Shown in pieces: positions 1 to 13,146 of a DNA stretch of 64,000 nt. Position 1 is the stretch's first letter, and the number at the start of each line of letters is the position of its first letter. Source of the stretch: Octopus sinensis (taxonomy: Eukaryota); the NCBI RefSeq assembly GCF_006345805.1, contig NC_043001.1:103292001-103356000 (forward strand), read 5' to 3'. The notes below the pieces were generated by a model that saw only the letters and a program-made list of their open reading frames with translations, was not told where the DNA came from and ran no database searches. The position numbers were made by a program, and so were the translations under genes.

Positions 1-1029
1 TGACAGATTTTATTTGGGTATTGTCTGTTATAATAAAGTATACACACCCATAACAAATATAAGTGCCCACTTCATTCGCGCGTACCTGGAATTGCATGTG
101 AGCCTCAACATATACACCAAACGGCCACTCCATCACCATACGGACGAATAAATACATACATCCCCAAAAATGGGCGTAATCCCACTCACACCAATCATAT
201 GTATACAATTATACACACTAGAATAATACATAACTAACCCAAATATACAGAACATATTAAAAATCACCAACAAACCACCATCACAAATGAAACCTACACC
301 CATACAATGACAAAACTCCCCCCTCCATACCCAATTTACACCCACATAGCAATCCCAATATATTCATCCATACATGGACGCACGTGCGTGAAGCACATGC
401 ACACAATAAATACGTACAACCCCCCAATACACACTCATATACATACGTATCAAGCTCGACATCCACAGCAATACGCTTACACCCACTCACACCCAGATGG
501 GTGAATTGCACAACCAGGGAACGCACACACACACGTGTGCGTATTTTGATTGTGCAACTCGCCCATATGCATGTATGCGGGCGCGATTACATTGTTGCAC
601 ATATCGAGCCCAACTAGCATGCATATGTACATGTGAGGGGGTACACGTACATGCCGTGCGCGTGTACCCCCTGCATTTATACCCGTGCGTGAATATACAC
701 ATGGAGACTACCACACAGGTACAAATGTGTATAGTAATGGGAGCCCCATCACTACACTCAATGTATAATCTCACCCATCCGCACGGATGTGAAAGTGAAT
801 CTCCGGTGTATATGTTGAGGCTTATATGTAGCGCTGTGGAGGTGAACGTCGTTGAAATTGTGAATGAATGGGTGGAGTTGGGAATTGTAACCGGGTGGTG
901 GGCTAGCGTTGCTTGGAATTGGGAATGGAATAGTGTAGTAGTAAGGCAGGCATCGAGAATAGATTGGGTTACTGCAAGTTGTTTGTTAGAGCTGCTAAGA
1001 TGAGCTAAAGCTCATAATTGTATATAATA

Positions 1030-2700
1030 ATTTATTATGGTAGTTTTATTAAAGAATCCATTCATAATAAATTTTTTTTAAGTAGTGTTGGTTTGCCACG
1101 TGGATATAGTTTTTAGTTCCATTTATTCTATTTCTCCATTCATAATTTTAAATGACGTTTACTTTCCATGGCGCGTATTCTTTTTTTACATAAGTTATAT
1201 TTCTATGGTAACGTAATTTTGGTTTGATTTTTTAACGGCTAAGAATTTAATTTCACTTCATAATTTGAAACTGACTTGTAAGTATGTATTTTATTTCTCC
1301 TTATGTCATATTGTTATTTTTGATATTCTGGTTAATTACGATGTATTTAATGTTGTTTTTTATTGGAGTGTTTATGTATATGAGATTGTGTGTGAGTTTT
1401 TAGTTGTATAATTTATTTATCTGTATGAGTGTGGGTGTGTAAATATTGTTGTATATATCGAGTTTAGTGAGTATGTATATGCGTATATGTGAGGGAGTAT
1501 ATGTATCTGTTGTGTGTGTGTGTTTTGCGTGTGTGTGTGTTTGTGTGTGAATGTGTATATGGGTTTGTTATTTAGGTTTTGGGATGTATGTGTTAATTTG
1601 TCTGTGTGGGGAGGGAGTGGGTTTTTGGTGTATATTGAGGTTTATAAGTTAGTATAGGTATGTGTATAAGTCGTGGGTCTGTGGTTTACGTGTGTGTTTT
1701 TTGTGTGTGAATGTTTAGGTTAGGGGGATTGCTATATAGGTTTGTTATAGAGTTTAGCAAAGGGAGATTTTATCGTTATATGGTTTTAAGAGTTTTGGTT
1801 TATCATGGTTTTTTTAGGGAATTCGTGGTAATTTGTCTATTTTCGATGTTGGTTGTTTTATTACATTGTTTCATTCATAATTTTTGAGTGGTGTTCGTTT
1901 TGCCACGTGAATATTATTTTTAATTCCATTTATTCCATTTCTCCATTCATTATTTTAAAAGATGTTCGTTTCCAGAGCGGTTATACTTTTTATACATATG
2001 TTAAGTTCCTTGGTAAAGTAATTTTGTTTGGTGTATATGTTGAGGCGTATATGTACTTGTGGGTGTGTGTGAGTGGGGTGGGTGTTTGTATTTGTTATGG
2101 GTGTGTGGTTTACGTGTGTGTATTTGTGTGTGAATGTATAGGTTAAAGGGATTGCTATATAAGTATGTTATAGTGTTTAGTAAAGGGAGGTTTTATCATT
2201 TATGTTTTGTGAGTTTTAGCTTATCATGGTAGTTTTATAAAAGAATCAATTCATAATTTTTGTGTTTATTTGTCTGTGTGGGGTTGAGTGGGTTTTTGGA
2301 GTATATGTTGAGGTTTATATGTATGTATAGGTATGTGTAAGTGGTGTGGGTATTTGTATATGTCGTGGGTGTGTGGTTTACGTGTGTGTATTTGTGTGTG
2401 AATGTTTAGGTTAGGGGGATTGCTATATAGGTATGTTATAGAGTTTAGTAAAGGGAGATTTTATCATTATATGTTTTTATGAGTTTTGGTTTATCATGGT
2501 AGGTTTGTTAAGGAATTCGTAGTAATTTGTGTCTATTTGCGATGTCTGTTGTTTTATTGCATTGTTTCATTCATAATTTTTAAGTAGTGTTCGTTTTACC
2601 AAGTGAATATAATTTTTAATTCCATTTATTCCATTTCTCCGTTCATAATTTTAAGTGATGTCCGTTTTCTAGAGCGTGAATGGGGTTGTATGTGTGTGTG
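1030..2700. repeat. Degenerate modular tandem repeat
   Basis: Module a(g/a)ttccatttattc(c/t)atttctcc(a/g)ttcat occurs near 1115, 1922 and 2618. Module gtggtttacgtgtgtgt...gaatgt(t/a)taggtta...gattgctatata occurs near 1681, 2106 and 2373. Confidence 0.75.
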
Positions 2701-3111
2701 TGTGGGAGTATGAATAAGTATTGTGTTGAAGTATTTAGCTATTTTATTTATTTATAGTTGCCTAGACGTTTTTATGTGTATGTATAGGGATATATATATA
2801 GGTGTGTGATTTAGTGTATGTAGTTAGATATGGTTATATATAATTAGGTATATGTGTATGGGTGTATATATAGTTTATTATTATATTATTATTATTTTTT
2901 TGTTTTGTTTTATATTTTATATTTTATATTTTATATTTTATATTTAATTGTTGATAGGTTTATTTTAGTTTATATATGTTTATATATTGATTATATATGG
3001 ATTATATATAGGTTATATATGGATTATATATTTATATTTTTCATTCATACTTTAATTATTTTAAAATTATTATTTTTATATTTTAAAATATTGATATTTT
3101 AGATTGGAAGT

Positions 3112-3154
3112 CCACCTGAAGATTGTCGATCAAGACAAGAAACAATTGTAGTGG
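3112..3154 (+). ncRNA. Minimal type I hammerhead ribozyme, canonical core
   Basis: CCAC-CTGAAGA-TTGTC-gatcaa-GACAA-GAAA-C-aatt-G-TA-GTGG: stem I 4 bp, stem II 5 bp, palindromic helix III, GUA cleavage triplet. Confidence 0.85.
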
Positions 3155-3291
3155 CGGTTTTTTTGACTATTTATTAAAATTTTATGTATTGATTAAGTCT
3201 TTCCTTGTTTGTTTTGCAAAATAGTGGTTTTGTCTCTAATAATATTTTATTATACAGTTATATATATATATAATATATATATATATAATAT

Positions 3292-3345
<54 letters not shown>

Positions 3346-3399
3346 ATATATGTATATACACCCAACGAAGCATCTACATTGGAATGTGGATACTTCGTT

Positions 3400-3727
3400 G
3401 GTGTAACGGCTTACAAGAGTGGACCACATCATCAGCGAAAAGATGCAGTTATTCATGGCAGAGACAACCGTGCTTGAAAAACTGTGGCACTTGTTGCGGG
3501 TGTGTTGCTTGCAGAAAGGACCAGCTGTTGTGAAAGCAACCATAAGAATCACCCCTAAACGGATGATGACTTAAAGAAAAGACGGATGGATCGATTCAGT
3601 AAAGATGAAGTACAGATCAAAATCGCTACACCAAACATCTTCGACCGGTTCAAGTTGGAGTAGAGCTGCAGGAAAAGTGGCCGTCTTTAAAGGATGACTC
3701 AGAAAGTTTCATTGATCATAATCATGG

Positions 3728-3758
<31 letters not shown>

Positions 3759-3760
3759 AA
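3400..3760 (+). mobile_element. Highly decayed LINE 3' end (RTE-like) with (GAT)n tail
   Basis: Weak resemblance of the translation (..EKMQ..LWHLLR..WIDSVK..W.RAA) to RTE C-termini; ends in (GAT)n at about 3728-3758. Confidence 0.3.
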
Positions 3761-4800
3761 TTATGTATGAGTGAAAACAGATCATAGAGCAATTTGGAAA
3801 TATTGCCTTTCACCAAGAAAACAAGTTTCTAAGCAAAAGGCAGGTGTATAACGGTGAAATGCATATTTATGAAGGTGATGTGCATGCTTTACGACATTAA
3901 AAGAAGGAAATGGTATGCAAATGTTGAGAGAACTAACCGCACGAAGCAGCTTATACATTTGAATGGAGAAGAGATAGATAGATAAATAAATAGATAAATA
4001 AATAAATAGATAAATAAATAGACAGATAGATAGAGAGAGATAGGGGGAAGGGCGGAGTATGTTGAGGGCAGTGACCCGAAAGTTTCTGTAAGCGACATGC
4101 TGCACTAAAAGTTGATGGATGCTAAATGATGGGGATTTGAAATGAACGAAAGTTTGCTACTCTGTAAAGAAGAATGGTTTTTGTGGCTGTTGTTTCTCGT
4201 AGATGTAACCTTTAAGAGGTGAAGTTACTGAGTTAATCGGAGAGATATGTTTAGTCATCGTTATTGAATAGAATCGGATTTTGAAAACAAGGGAACAAAC
4301 TTTCAAAACGTCGGAGCGCTAATTCTTTAAAAAAAAAAAGAAAAGAAAAAAAGAAGCTAAAAACCATTTGTTAGCCGGAGAAAATTTTTTTACAAGAGTT
4401 GGATAAGAACGGTGAGAAGCGCTCCGAATGTCCAGAGAGGTCAGTTAGTCTTTTTTATTAGATTGCTTTGCTGCAGAGAGCTTAAGGGTTGACCATAATA
4501 GTGGAACTGATGAGATATATGGCTCTAGTTAATTGATTGGAAGCTGTAGTAGTAGTAGTAGCAGCAGCAGTAGTTGTAGGCGTATCTCGCAAAATGTTTG
4601 AAGGAGATGAGGAGTGCGACACCTGCTAAGATATTTTACCCAATTATAAGAGACAGAAACCTGTGAACGCAGCTTCTTCAATTGGTTATAAGAATATTTA
4701 TCACACACACACACACACACACACACTCGGCATATAAATTAATATCTAAATTTGCGTACGTGTATGGATATATTTATCGATAAACGTTCTGATTCTACAT

Positions 4801-4833
<33 letters not shown>

Positions 4834-4835
4834 TA

Positions 4836-4890
<55 letters not shown>

Positions 4891-4907
4891 ATGTATGTAT
4901 GTATATA

Positions 4908-4999
<92 letters not shown>

Positions 5000-5377
5000 T
5001 AACACCTACGCTAATTTTATAAACAATACATTCAAAAGAGATTTCTCAAGAATTCAATCCCTACTGCCATCCATGACAAGTCACTTTCAGGACACTTGAC
5101 TCAGATTGCCCAACAAAACGACCTCTTTGAAAATCTTTCAGTTCTGCTGAATTTTTTTGTGCGTGGCATGGTTACTCTTCGCAAATGTTTAATATAATGG
5201 CGCCTGGAATGAAAAAGAATGATTACATTGTAAATTCTACACTGCTGAAAACATATTAAGACGCTTAGATCAGAAACTTTGAAAATTAAAGGTGTCTGTT
5301 TACTTCCTGCATGTCTGTATATAAGTTTCCATTAAGCACCACTATATAAGAATGATTTTATTTCCTTGGTGGTTTAA

Positions 5378-5692
5378 AATGGTGCCTCGTCGGTTACAAC
5401 GGCGTGTGTTCCAATTGACCCGATCAATGGAACAGCCTACTCGTGAAATGAACGTGCAAATGGCTGAATACTCCACAGATACGCGTGCTCTTAATGTAAT
5501 TCCCAGTGAGATTCAGAATGACACAGACTATGAGAAGGATGGTCCTTTGAAATATAGGTACAACTCACTTTTGCCAGTTGTGTAGAGTGAAGCAAGGCAA
5601 AATAATTAACTGTCTTGCTCAACCACACAATGCACCCCGGGAAATCGAACTCAGGAACGTGAGCCGAAAACCCTAACCACTAAAGCACGCGC
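5378..5692 (-). mobile_element. tRNA-derived SINE (family C)
   Basis: Reverse strand has a tagtggttaggg A-box-like and gagttcgattt B-box-like head; body homologous to 28722-29045 and 42425-42752. Confidence 0.7.
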
Positions 5693-6470
5693 TACCATGG
5701 TGGTTTACCTCGCAACACACCAGTTTCAAATTATTACCTCCACCTTAGCGAAGGCAGAGGTTTTTCGGTCGCGTTTCTTTTTTGTCGGTGAACAAGATAT
5801 CTCAAGAATCGCTGAATGGATTCGAAGGAAGCTTTCAGGGATGTTTGGGATCGATCCGGTACCGGACAACTATTCTGGATTATTTTTCCATTTTTTTTTT
5901 TTAATTTAATTTTTGAGAGCGGTCGGGTTCATTTTTAGTATTCTTGTTTGTGAGAGCAGTCGAGTTTATTTCAGATATTCTCATTTTAAAAATCATCTCC
6001 GGCTAATCGTTCAAAGAACGTTGGTGTTGCCTTGGTGGTGGTTTGCGCTCTCTGAGTGTTCTTGTTTTAAGATTAAAATAATATCAAGGGCAAAAGAAGG
6101 CATTTTAGGCCCAATAATCGCTTCAAATGGAATATTCCTCGCATTTACTCCATCCTTTGTTCCTATTTAATTTGCTTGAATTTGTTGTCATCTACACAAT
6201 TAAATTACGACTTGAATTTATGAATAATTAGTGTGTATTTGTAGACATTGTACTTTAGAGATCAAATGGCTACCAACTTATTAGATAACACATTTCTTAT
6301 ACGAAGCAGGAATAATTAAGTTGCACGCAATAGAATTCTATTAACACAGATATGCCTGAATTAAGAACAAGTTACAGATATTTATTAACCCGGGAAATGC
6401 TGATTATTGTTCTGATGTATGTGTATGTGTATGTATGTATGTTTCTCGCCTTGTTTTTTTTTCTGTGTCC

Positions 6471-6506
6471 CTTTCTGTAGAAGAGCGTAGGCTCGAAACG
6501 TAAAAG
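6471..6506 (+). ncRNA. Hammerhead-like motif, A6U variant with extra A, in a dispersed repeat
   Basis: CTTT-CTGTAGA-A-GAGC-gtag-GCTC-GAAA-CG-TA-AAAG; same family at 37133, 50830 and (damaged) 23690. Confidence 0.55.
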
Positions 6507-6980
6507 ACTTTTTCTTTTCCTGAGCGTTATACTAACACATCTGTTTGTTTTGTGCACCACCTGTCTTCGTCTTTTGCTTTTTTCGTAAACTCTCCCCTAT
6601 GTATGTATGTATGTATGTATGTATGTATGTATGTATGTATGTATGTATGTATGTATGTATGTATGTATGCATTTATGTTTTATATGTGTATACATATAGT
6701 TATGTGTGTTTATGGTATTCGACTCTCTGTTATGTGTAACCAATAGTGTCATTTTTTCCAATCTTTATACTATTACTGAACGTACAGACTGATGTTGATG
6801 ACAAGTGGTGTGCACGTGAGTGGCTGTTCATGTTTGAATGCAAATGACAAATGCTGAGAGGTGTTTGAAATGTTAAATAACACCAGATCGATGTTTTCAC
6901 ACCGACGTTTAGCCACAAAGTTCTAGAGGATGTGGCGCGAAACGATAAAAGCGTTGGATAAAAGTTGCCACGCAACTTAA

Positions 6981-7212
6981 GGCGGCGAGCTGGCAGAAAC
7001 GTTAGCACGCCGGGCGAAATGCGTAGCTGTATTTCGTCTGCCGTTATGTTCTGAGTTCAAATTCCGCCGAGGTCGACTTTGCCTTTCATCCCTTTCGGGG
7101 TCGATTAAATAAGTACCAGTTACGCACTGGGGTCGATATAATCGACTTAATCTGTTTGTCTGTCCTTGCTTGTCCTCTCTGTGTTTAGCCCCTTGTCGGT
7201 AGTAAAGAAATC
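6981..7212 (+). mobile_element. tRNA-derived SINE (family A)
   Basis: Head ggcggcgagctggcagaaacgttagc, B-box gagttcaaattcc and central gactttgcctttcatcc...gtcgat..aagtaccag domain; more than 12 copies in the window. Confidence 0.8.
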
Positions 7213-7910
7213 GCTAAAAGTTGCCACGCAATCAGGAGAGACTTTAGATCAATGGATAGATTGCTTTGCTGTAATCGTTCCACCTGTGTGCATTCTGAGT
7301 TCAAATCTTGTCGGAGTCAACTTTTCCTCTTATTCTTGCACTGGGTTAGATTCTTTTCCTTCTTTTTTTTTTAACTTTCTCTCTTCTGAAATAAATCGGT
7401 TCGAGAGGGATGAGTTCTGCTCAGTATAAAAATGCGCCAGACAGACCGTTTATCACATCGGTTTAGCGGCGATTCTATCAGAGATTGAAAGGCCCAAGAT
7501 ATTTTGCTCTATCTTTTTACATTCTCAAACGAAATCGCGTAGCATTAGGACATATATTTAGCTTTAAGAAAGGATGTCAGACGGCAGAAACTGCCGTGTT
7601 GATAAACTACCGGCAATACGTGATACAATTATGGAGACTAAACGCTGTCGCATGAACAGTTAAAGTGTATTAATCAAATCTCGCTCAAATCACGCCTTAT
7701 CTTCCATTACAGATGAACTCGATCTCAAATGATCTACGGCTAAATATGTTAAACCACAGCAAATAATCGCGCATCAAACCTAATAAAATCCACGACAGAT
7801 TTGAAACATTATGGAGTTGTAACATAGTGAGTAAAGAGCATTTTTAGAAATTTTCATTTTGAAATGTCATCTTTTCGTATTTATTTATACATTTGTATTC
7901 ATTTATGTGA

Positions 7911-8180
7911 TGGCGCGAAGCCTAGTGGTTAAGCAGTCGCACTCGCGATCGCTAGATCGTGGGTTCGATTTTCAGACCGGGCGGCGCGTTGTGTTCCTGA
8001 GCAAAACACTTCATTTCACATTGTTCCATTCCCTCCTTTTCGATTAGGGGAGAAATTTTGGCCTGTTCGCCTTGCCAGCAGGGTGGCGTCATTTGAAGGC
8101 TAAAACAATAGAAAAAAGTGCATTGTGATCAGCGATGTGTAATAACATATGATAGCCTGGTCGGTCACATGATCACGTGA
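7911..8180 (+). mobile_element. tRNA-derived SINE (family C-related head, different tail)
   Basis: tagtggttaag A-box-like, ggttcgattt B-box-like, followed by ttgtgttcctgagcaaaacacttcatttcac. Confidence 0.65.
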
Positions 8181-8483
8181 TTTGTATTTATACATTATCG
8201 TATCTCGAAAATTTGCTGCAAGAAATTTCGGCGTACGGAAATGCTAAAACGTATTATAATCCGCATTTTCTAAAATAAAATTATAATAAAAATAAGAATG
8301 ATTGAAGGTTTTATAAAAGCAAGTCTTTATTCAACGTCAAACATTAAAAAAAAACCTGATGAGGTCATTTAAAACGAAATTTCTTACGACGAAATTTCCT
8401 TTAACCTTACATCAGACATTATCTCCATCCAGTTCGAATGCTTACGCCGTTTCTCTTCTCATCTTCATCACCATTTTTCTTTA

Positions 8484-8867
8484 TCTCTCTCTATATAAAC
8501 GGCAGTTTGTCTGTGCGTGTTTCTGTGTGTCTGTTTGCTTGTACCCTCACCCTGACCACGGCTTTCAACCGATTCTGACGAAACTTGACACACACATAGC
8601 CCAATGTCATAATTCAAAACTAACGCAGCGAAAATTTTGAAAAGTTCCCCCAGTTCTGAAAAAAATCGATAAATTCGACATGGGGTCGAGAATCAGAAAC
8701 ACAAACCACAAACTGTCTAGGGGACGCAACTCCACCTTTTTTAAATCTCAAAAAAAATTTACCATCATTTTTTTCCATTTTCTTGCTATTTTTTGGCTAT
8801 AACTCTCTAAAAGGGCTTTATAGTTATTTCCCTTACAAACCTGAGCAACGCCGGGCGATACTGCTAG
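8484..8867 (+). mobile_element. Non-autonomous Helitron-like element
   Basis: Begins TC after an A, ends in a GC-rich hairpin (gcaacgccgggcgatactg) plus CTAG followed by T; no TSD; matches Helitron terminal rules. Confidence 0.6.
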
Positions 8868-9848
8868 TTATATATATATTCTAAATGCTAGCGTAATCAC
8901 TCAGTTGGAAAACAATTACTTTTAAACTAGAAGGAATGTCAGTCCCGAAGCGTCAGGTGGGTCGATCCGTTACGGTATAATATCTTATCCATGTCGACAC
9001 CGACTACAAATACTTTCTCCGGATTGTGCTACAGATTTTAACTTCATAGTTTGTGTACTTAATCAATCTAATCAATCCGTAGCCTAGGTTATCTGGGTAC
9101 TCAAGCTATCGAAATCATGAAAGCCAAAATGGAAATCGTCCGGTTAGAAACTGAAAACGTATTGAGCTGACATTAACCACCTAATACAGAAATTCTTTTC
9201 ACTACTAATTCTGTTATTTCGCTTTCTATAACGAAAAATATAGTTTCTTAAATGCATTCACGTTTTCCGCCTAGATCTGCATAAAGAATTTAAAGAAGGT
9301 GGCATTCAGGAGAAAAAAATATTCGGTAAAGCTTTTATTATTTCAAGGCACTATTTGAAAGGAAAATTATCGTACTTTTTACTTCATTTTCATAAGAATT
9401 AAACTAGAAGTGTGCTACAAGAGACATTTGGCATTTTGCTTTTGCTGTCGAAGATGTTGGTTTTGTTGTTGCTGTTGGTTTTTGTGTCGTAAGTTTCGCT
9501 AGGATACTGGACGACACAATATTTAGACAGAAGAAAGAAGCCAGCTGTATTATCCAGAGGCTTAATTACATTCAATATAAAACACATTCAATGAATCACA
9601 ATCACAGTGCAACGAATGAATTAGTGTTTAATTGAAAGAAGCGCGACCATATATTCGTACATACATAAATACATACGTGCGTGCATGCGTATGTAGTACA
9701 TTCCACGCGGTTTCTGTCCACCAAATTCACTAACAAGGCGTCGGTAAAAGATACATGTCCAAGATGCGGCGCAGTTGTACGAAACTCGAAGCCTCGTGTT
9801 GGCAAGCGAGGTTCTTAACCACGCAGTTAAGCTTATACATATGTAGAA

Positions 9849-10245
9849 GGCGGTGAGCTGGCAGAAACGTTAGCACGCCGGGCGAAATGCGTAACCGTAT
9901 TTCGTCTGCCGTTACGTTCTGAGTTCAAATTCCGCCGAATTCGACTTTGCCTTTCATCCTTTCGGGATCGATAAATTAAGTACCAGTTACGCACTGGGGT
10001 CGATGTAATCGACTTAATCCGTTTGTCTGTCCTTGTTTGTCCCCTGTGTGTTTAGCCCCTTGTGGGCAATAAAGAAATAAGTATTTCGTCCGCCGCTGCA
10101 TTCTGAGTTTAAATTCCGCCGAGGTCGACTTTGCCTTCCATCCTTTCAGGATCAATACATTAAGTACCAGTTGTGTACTGGAGTCGATCTAATCGACTGG
10201 CCCCCTCCTCCAAGATTTCGGACCTCGTGCCTGGAGTAGAAAAGA
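9849..10245 (+). mobile_element. Family A SINE plus a second headless family A copy in tandem
   Basis: Full copy 9849-10080; second central domain and variant tail 10081-10245. Confidence 0.8.
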
Positions 10246-10884
10246 TTATAAGATTAAGGAAATGTAAGCCAAAACATAAAAGCCACAGGCAAAACACGAA
10301 TGAAGAGTCACTTATTCTACGAAGAAACAACAACCAAATCTCCTTCAAACCGCACTCTACGTTCTTAAAGAAGAAGGGATAATTTGCATAATTTTATTAT
10401 GGGTACATAATATGTGGAACCCCCACAAAACACAAACCAAGCAAACAAAGACAGAGTAATCTCTGATGCATTTAGCCGGAAGAGCTTTCGGTCAGGAATG
10501 ACCATAATGAAAGAACAATAATAACTTCAACTTCAAAAGTTGATGTTTTGAAAGAGAACATCGATGCGATCAATCGATAAAGTGTAGCCGTTGTTATGGG
10601 CAATATTCTTTTCAGAGCATAGTCGTATACTTGTGTAGTAGTACGCAGCATTTTAGTGGTATTTTGTCATACATCAAAAAATTTATTCTGTGTTCGTCAT
10701 GTATTTATTAAACATTCATTTACATTTGTTAAATAATTCATCATTTTAATACATTATTCAAAACCCTAAACTAATTTGGATAGATTCTATTAAAAGAGAT
10801 CAACTGAAATAAAGATTGAGATAAAATATGAGGAATACTTTGGAGAGGACGGAAACTAGTCTCCAGCAGAGGAAGTATTAACGC

Positions 10885-10967
10885 ATGCTCTCTCTCTCTC
10901 TCTCCTCTCTCTCTCCTCTCTCTATCATATATAATATATTATATATATATATATATATAGATATATA

Positions 10968-11012
<45 letters not shown>

Positions 11013-11186
11013 TATATGTTATATATAGATATGTATATTATATATAGATATATATCTATCTATGTATCTAATATATATACATATATATGTGTGTTATATA
11101 TATATAGTATATATATGTGTGTATATATATGTGTATATATATGTATATATATATGTGTGTGCATATATATATATATATTATATATA

Positions 11187-11224
<38 letters not shown>

Positions 11225-11268
11225 ATATATATATATATATATATATACATATATATATGTATATATAG

Positions 11269-11306
<38 letters not shown>

Positions 11307-11478
11307 ATATATATATATATACATATATATGTGTGTGTATATATATATATGTATATATATGTGTGTATATATATGTGTATATATATGTATATATATATGT
11401 GTGTGCATATATATATATATGTATATATATATGTGTATATATATATGTATATATATAAGTATATATATATATATATAA
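10885..11478. repeat. (TC)n/(TA)n/(TATG) compound microsatellite
   Basis: Read directly from the sequence; source of the YI/IY ORFs in the track. Confidence 0.95.
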
Positions 11479-11673
11479 ACAGCCAAAATCTGCGATGAGG
11501 AATCGGTTTCTGACTGAAGAACGAAGGCTTTGAATGACCCGTCTGTCTCTTATGTTCGTCCCTTCGTGTATTTCACGTTATTTATATATGTAAAGGTTTA
11601 TTCTATATGTATATATATATGTATATATATATGTATATATATATGTATGTGAGTATTTTATATCCCATCGAAA

Positions 11674-11739
11674 TTTCTACTGAAGAAGGAATATATCTTT
11701 TTTTATATGATTAAGTCCGAAATTGATTCAATATAGAGA
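11674..11739 (+). ncRNA. Type I hammerhead ribozyme motif (array unit 1)
   Basis: TTTCTA-CTGAAGA-A-GGA...TCC-GAAA-TTGA-t-TCAA-TA-TAGAGA; stem I 6 bp, AUA cleavage triplet. Confidence 0.7.
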
Positions 11740-12645
11740 TAACGAAATTAAATTTTCTAAAGGTTAGTTGCCCGTTTCAGTTCAATTCCTGTAACAAGCA
11801 GATTATAAGTGGATAAAACAGTGATATTTGGCTTTAGAATAACCCTCTTTAGCCCTTAATTATATGATGTATATTGCAACCGTAACGGTTTTTTTAATAT
11901 ACTGCCCACGCTTCCTGATGAATTCCTTGGCTGTAGAGTAAGGGACTTCATCCTATATTGCTTAGTAGTAAACTCGATGCTTGCTACAGGAGGACTGGTA
12001 ACCATTACAATTTGTAGCGGCGAAAGGTCTGGACGTTGTTTTCTGAGGCTGACCAAAGAATTTTTATTTTTAGATATAAAGATGTACTCAAGTGTAGTTA
12101 TGTTTTAGCTTGTGCTTTTTCCATGATCATACGTGAGTATTTTATTTATATCCATCGAAATTTCTACTGAAGAAGGAATATATTTTTTTATATGATTAAG
12201 TCCGAATGATTCAATATAGAGATAACGAAATTTAAATTTTCTAAAGGTTAGTTGCCCGTTTTCAGTTTCATTTTCCTGTAACAAGCGGATTAAAGTGGAT
12301 AAAACAGTGTATTTGGCTTTAGAATAACCCTCTTTAGCCCTTAATTATATGATGTATATTGCAACCGTAACGGTTTTTTTAAATATACTGCCCACGCTTC
12401 CTGATGAATTCCTTGGCTGTAGAGTAAGGGACTTCATCCTATATTGTTAGTAGTAAACTCGATGCTTGCTACAGGAGACTGGTAACCATTACAATTTGTA
12501 GCGGCGAAAGGTCTGGACGTTGTTTTCTGAGGCTGACCAAAGAATTTTTATTTTTAGATATAAATGATGTACTCAGTGTAGTTATGTTTTAGCTTGTGCT
12601 TTTTCCATGATCATACGTGAGTATTTTATTTATATCCAATCGAAA

Positions 12646-12711
12646 TTTCTACTGAAGAAGGAATATATCTTTTTTTATATGATTAAGTCCGAAATTGATT
12701 CAATATAGAGA
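12646..12711 (+). ncRNA. Type I hammerhead ribozyme motif (array unit 3)
   Basis: Same fold as 11674-11739. The unit-2 copy (about 12161-12222) lacks 2 nt at the GAAA/helix III junction. Confidence 0.7.
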
Positions 12712-13112
12712 TAACGAAATTAAATTTTCTAAAGGTTAGTTGCCCGTTTTCAGTTCAATTTTCTGTAACAAGCGGATTATAAGTGGATAAAACAGTGTAT
12801 TTGGCTTTAGAATAACCCTCTTTAGCCCTTAATTATATGATGTATAGTATATATATATGTATATATATATACATTATATATGTATAATATATATATATGT
12901 ATATGTATATATATATATGTATATTATATATATGTATATTTATATATATATATGTATATTTATATTATATATATGTTATATATAATTATATTATATATAT
13001 TATATATATGTATATATTAATATATATTATATATATATGTATATATATAATGTATATATATATAATATATATATAATATATAATATTGTATATATATATA
13101 TATATATATATA

Positions 13113-13146
<34 letters not shown>

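Larger units (their letters stand above)
1..3160 (+). mobile_element. Non-coding composite element with divergent internal repeats, ending in a hammerhead motif; possible non-autonomous Penelope-like derivative (5' part may extend beyond the window)
   Basis: The + strand is G/T-rich and C-poor from about 800 to 3100, with recurring modules, an inverted homologous segment at 42-121 and a terminal HHR at 3112-3154 followed by (TA)n. No recognisable ORF. Confidence 0.35.
11649..12845 (+). repeat. Tandem array of about 484-bp units (about 2.5 copies), each with a hammerhead motif
   Basis: gtgagtatttta recurs at 11649, 12133 and 12617; units near-identical apart from small indels; flanked by (TA)n. 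Confidence 0.9.

Noticed and set aside
497-1003. 168-aa ORF
   Set aside because: No recognisable domain; it overlaps low-complexity palindromic CA/TG-rich sequence at the skew switch.
7911-7990. tRNA genes at SINE heads
   Set aside because: A- and B-box-like motifs are present, but there is no full cloverleaf and they continue into SINE bodies.
11016-11498. Long YI/IY, MYV, HT, LLL and III ORFs throughout the ORF track (also near 23.7, 34.9, 41.4 and 52.7 kb)
   Set aside because: They are translations of (TA)n, (TATG)n, (CA)n, (TTG)n and (TAA)n microsatellites, not genes.
11505-11555. CTGAAGA...GTC hammerhead-like string
   Set aside because: No GAAA and no convincing stems; at most a heavily decayed motif.
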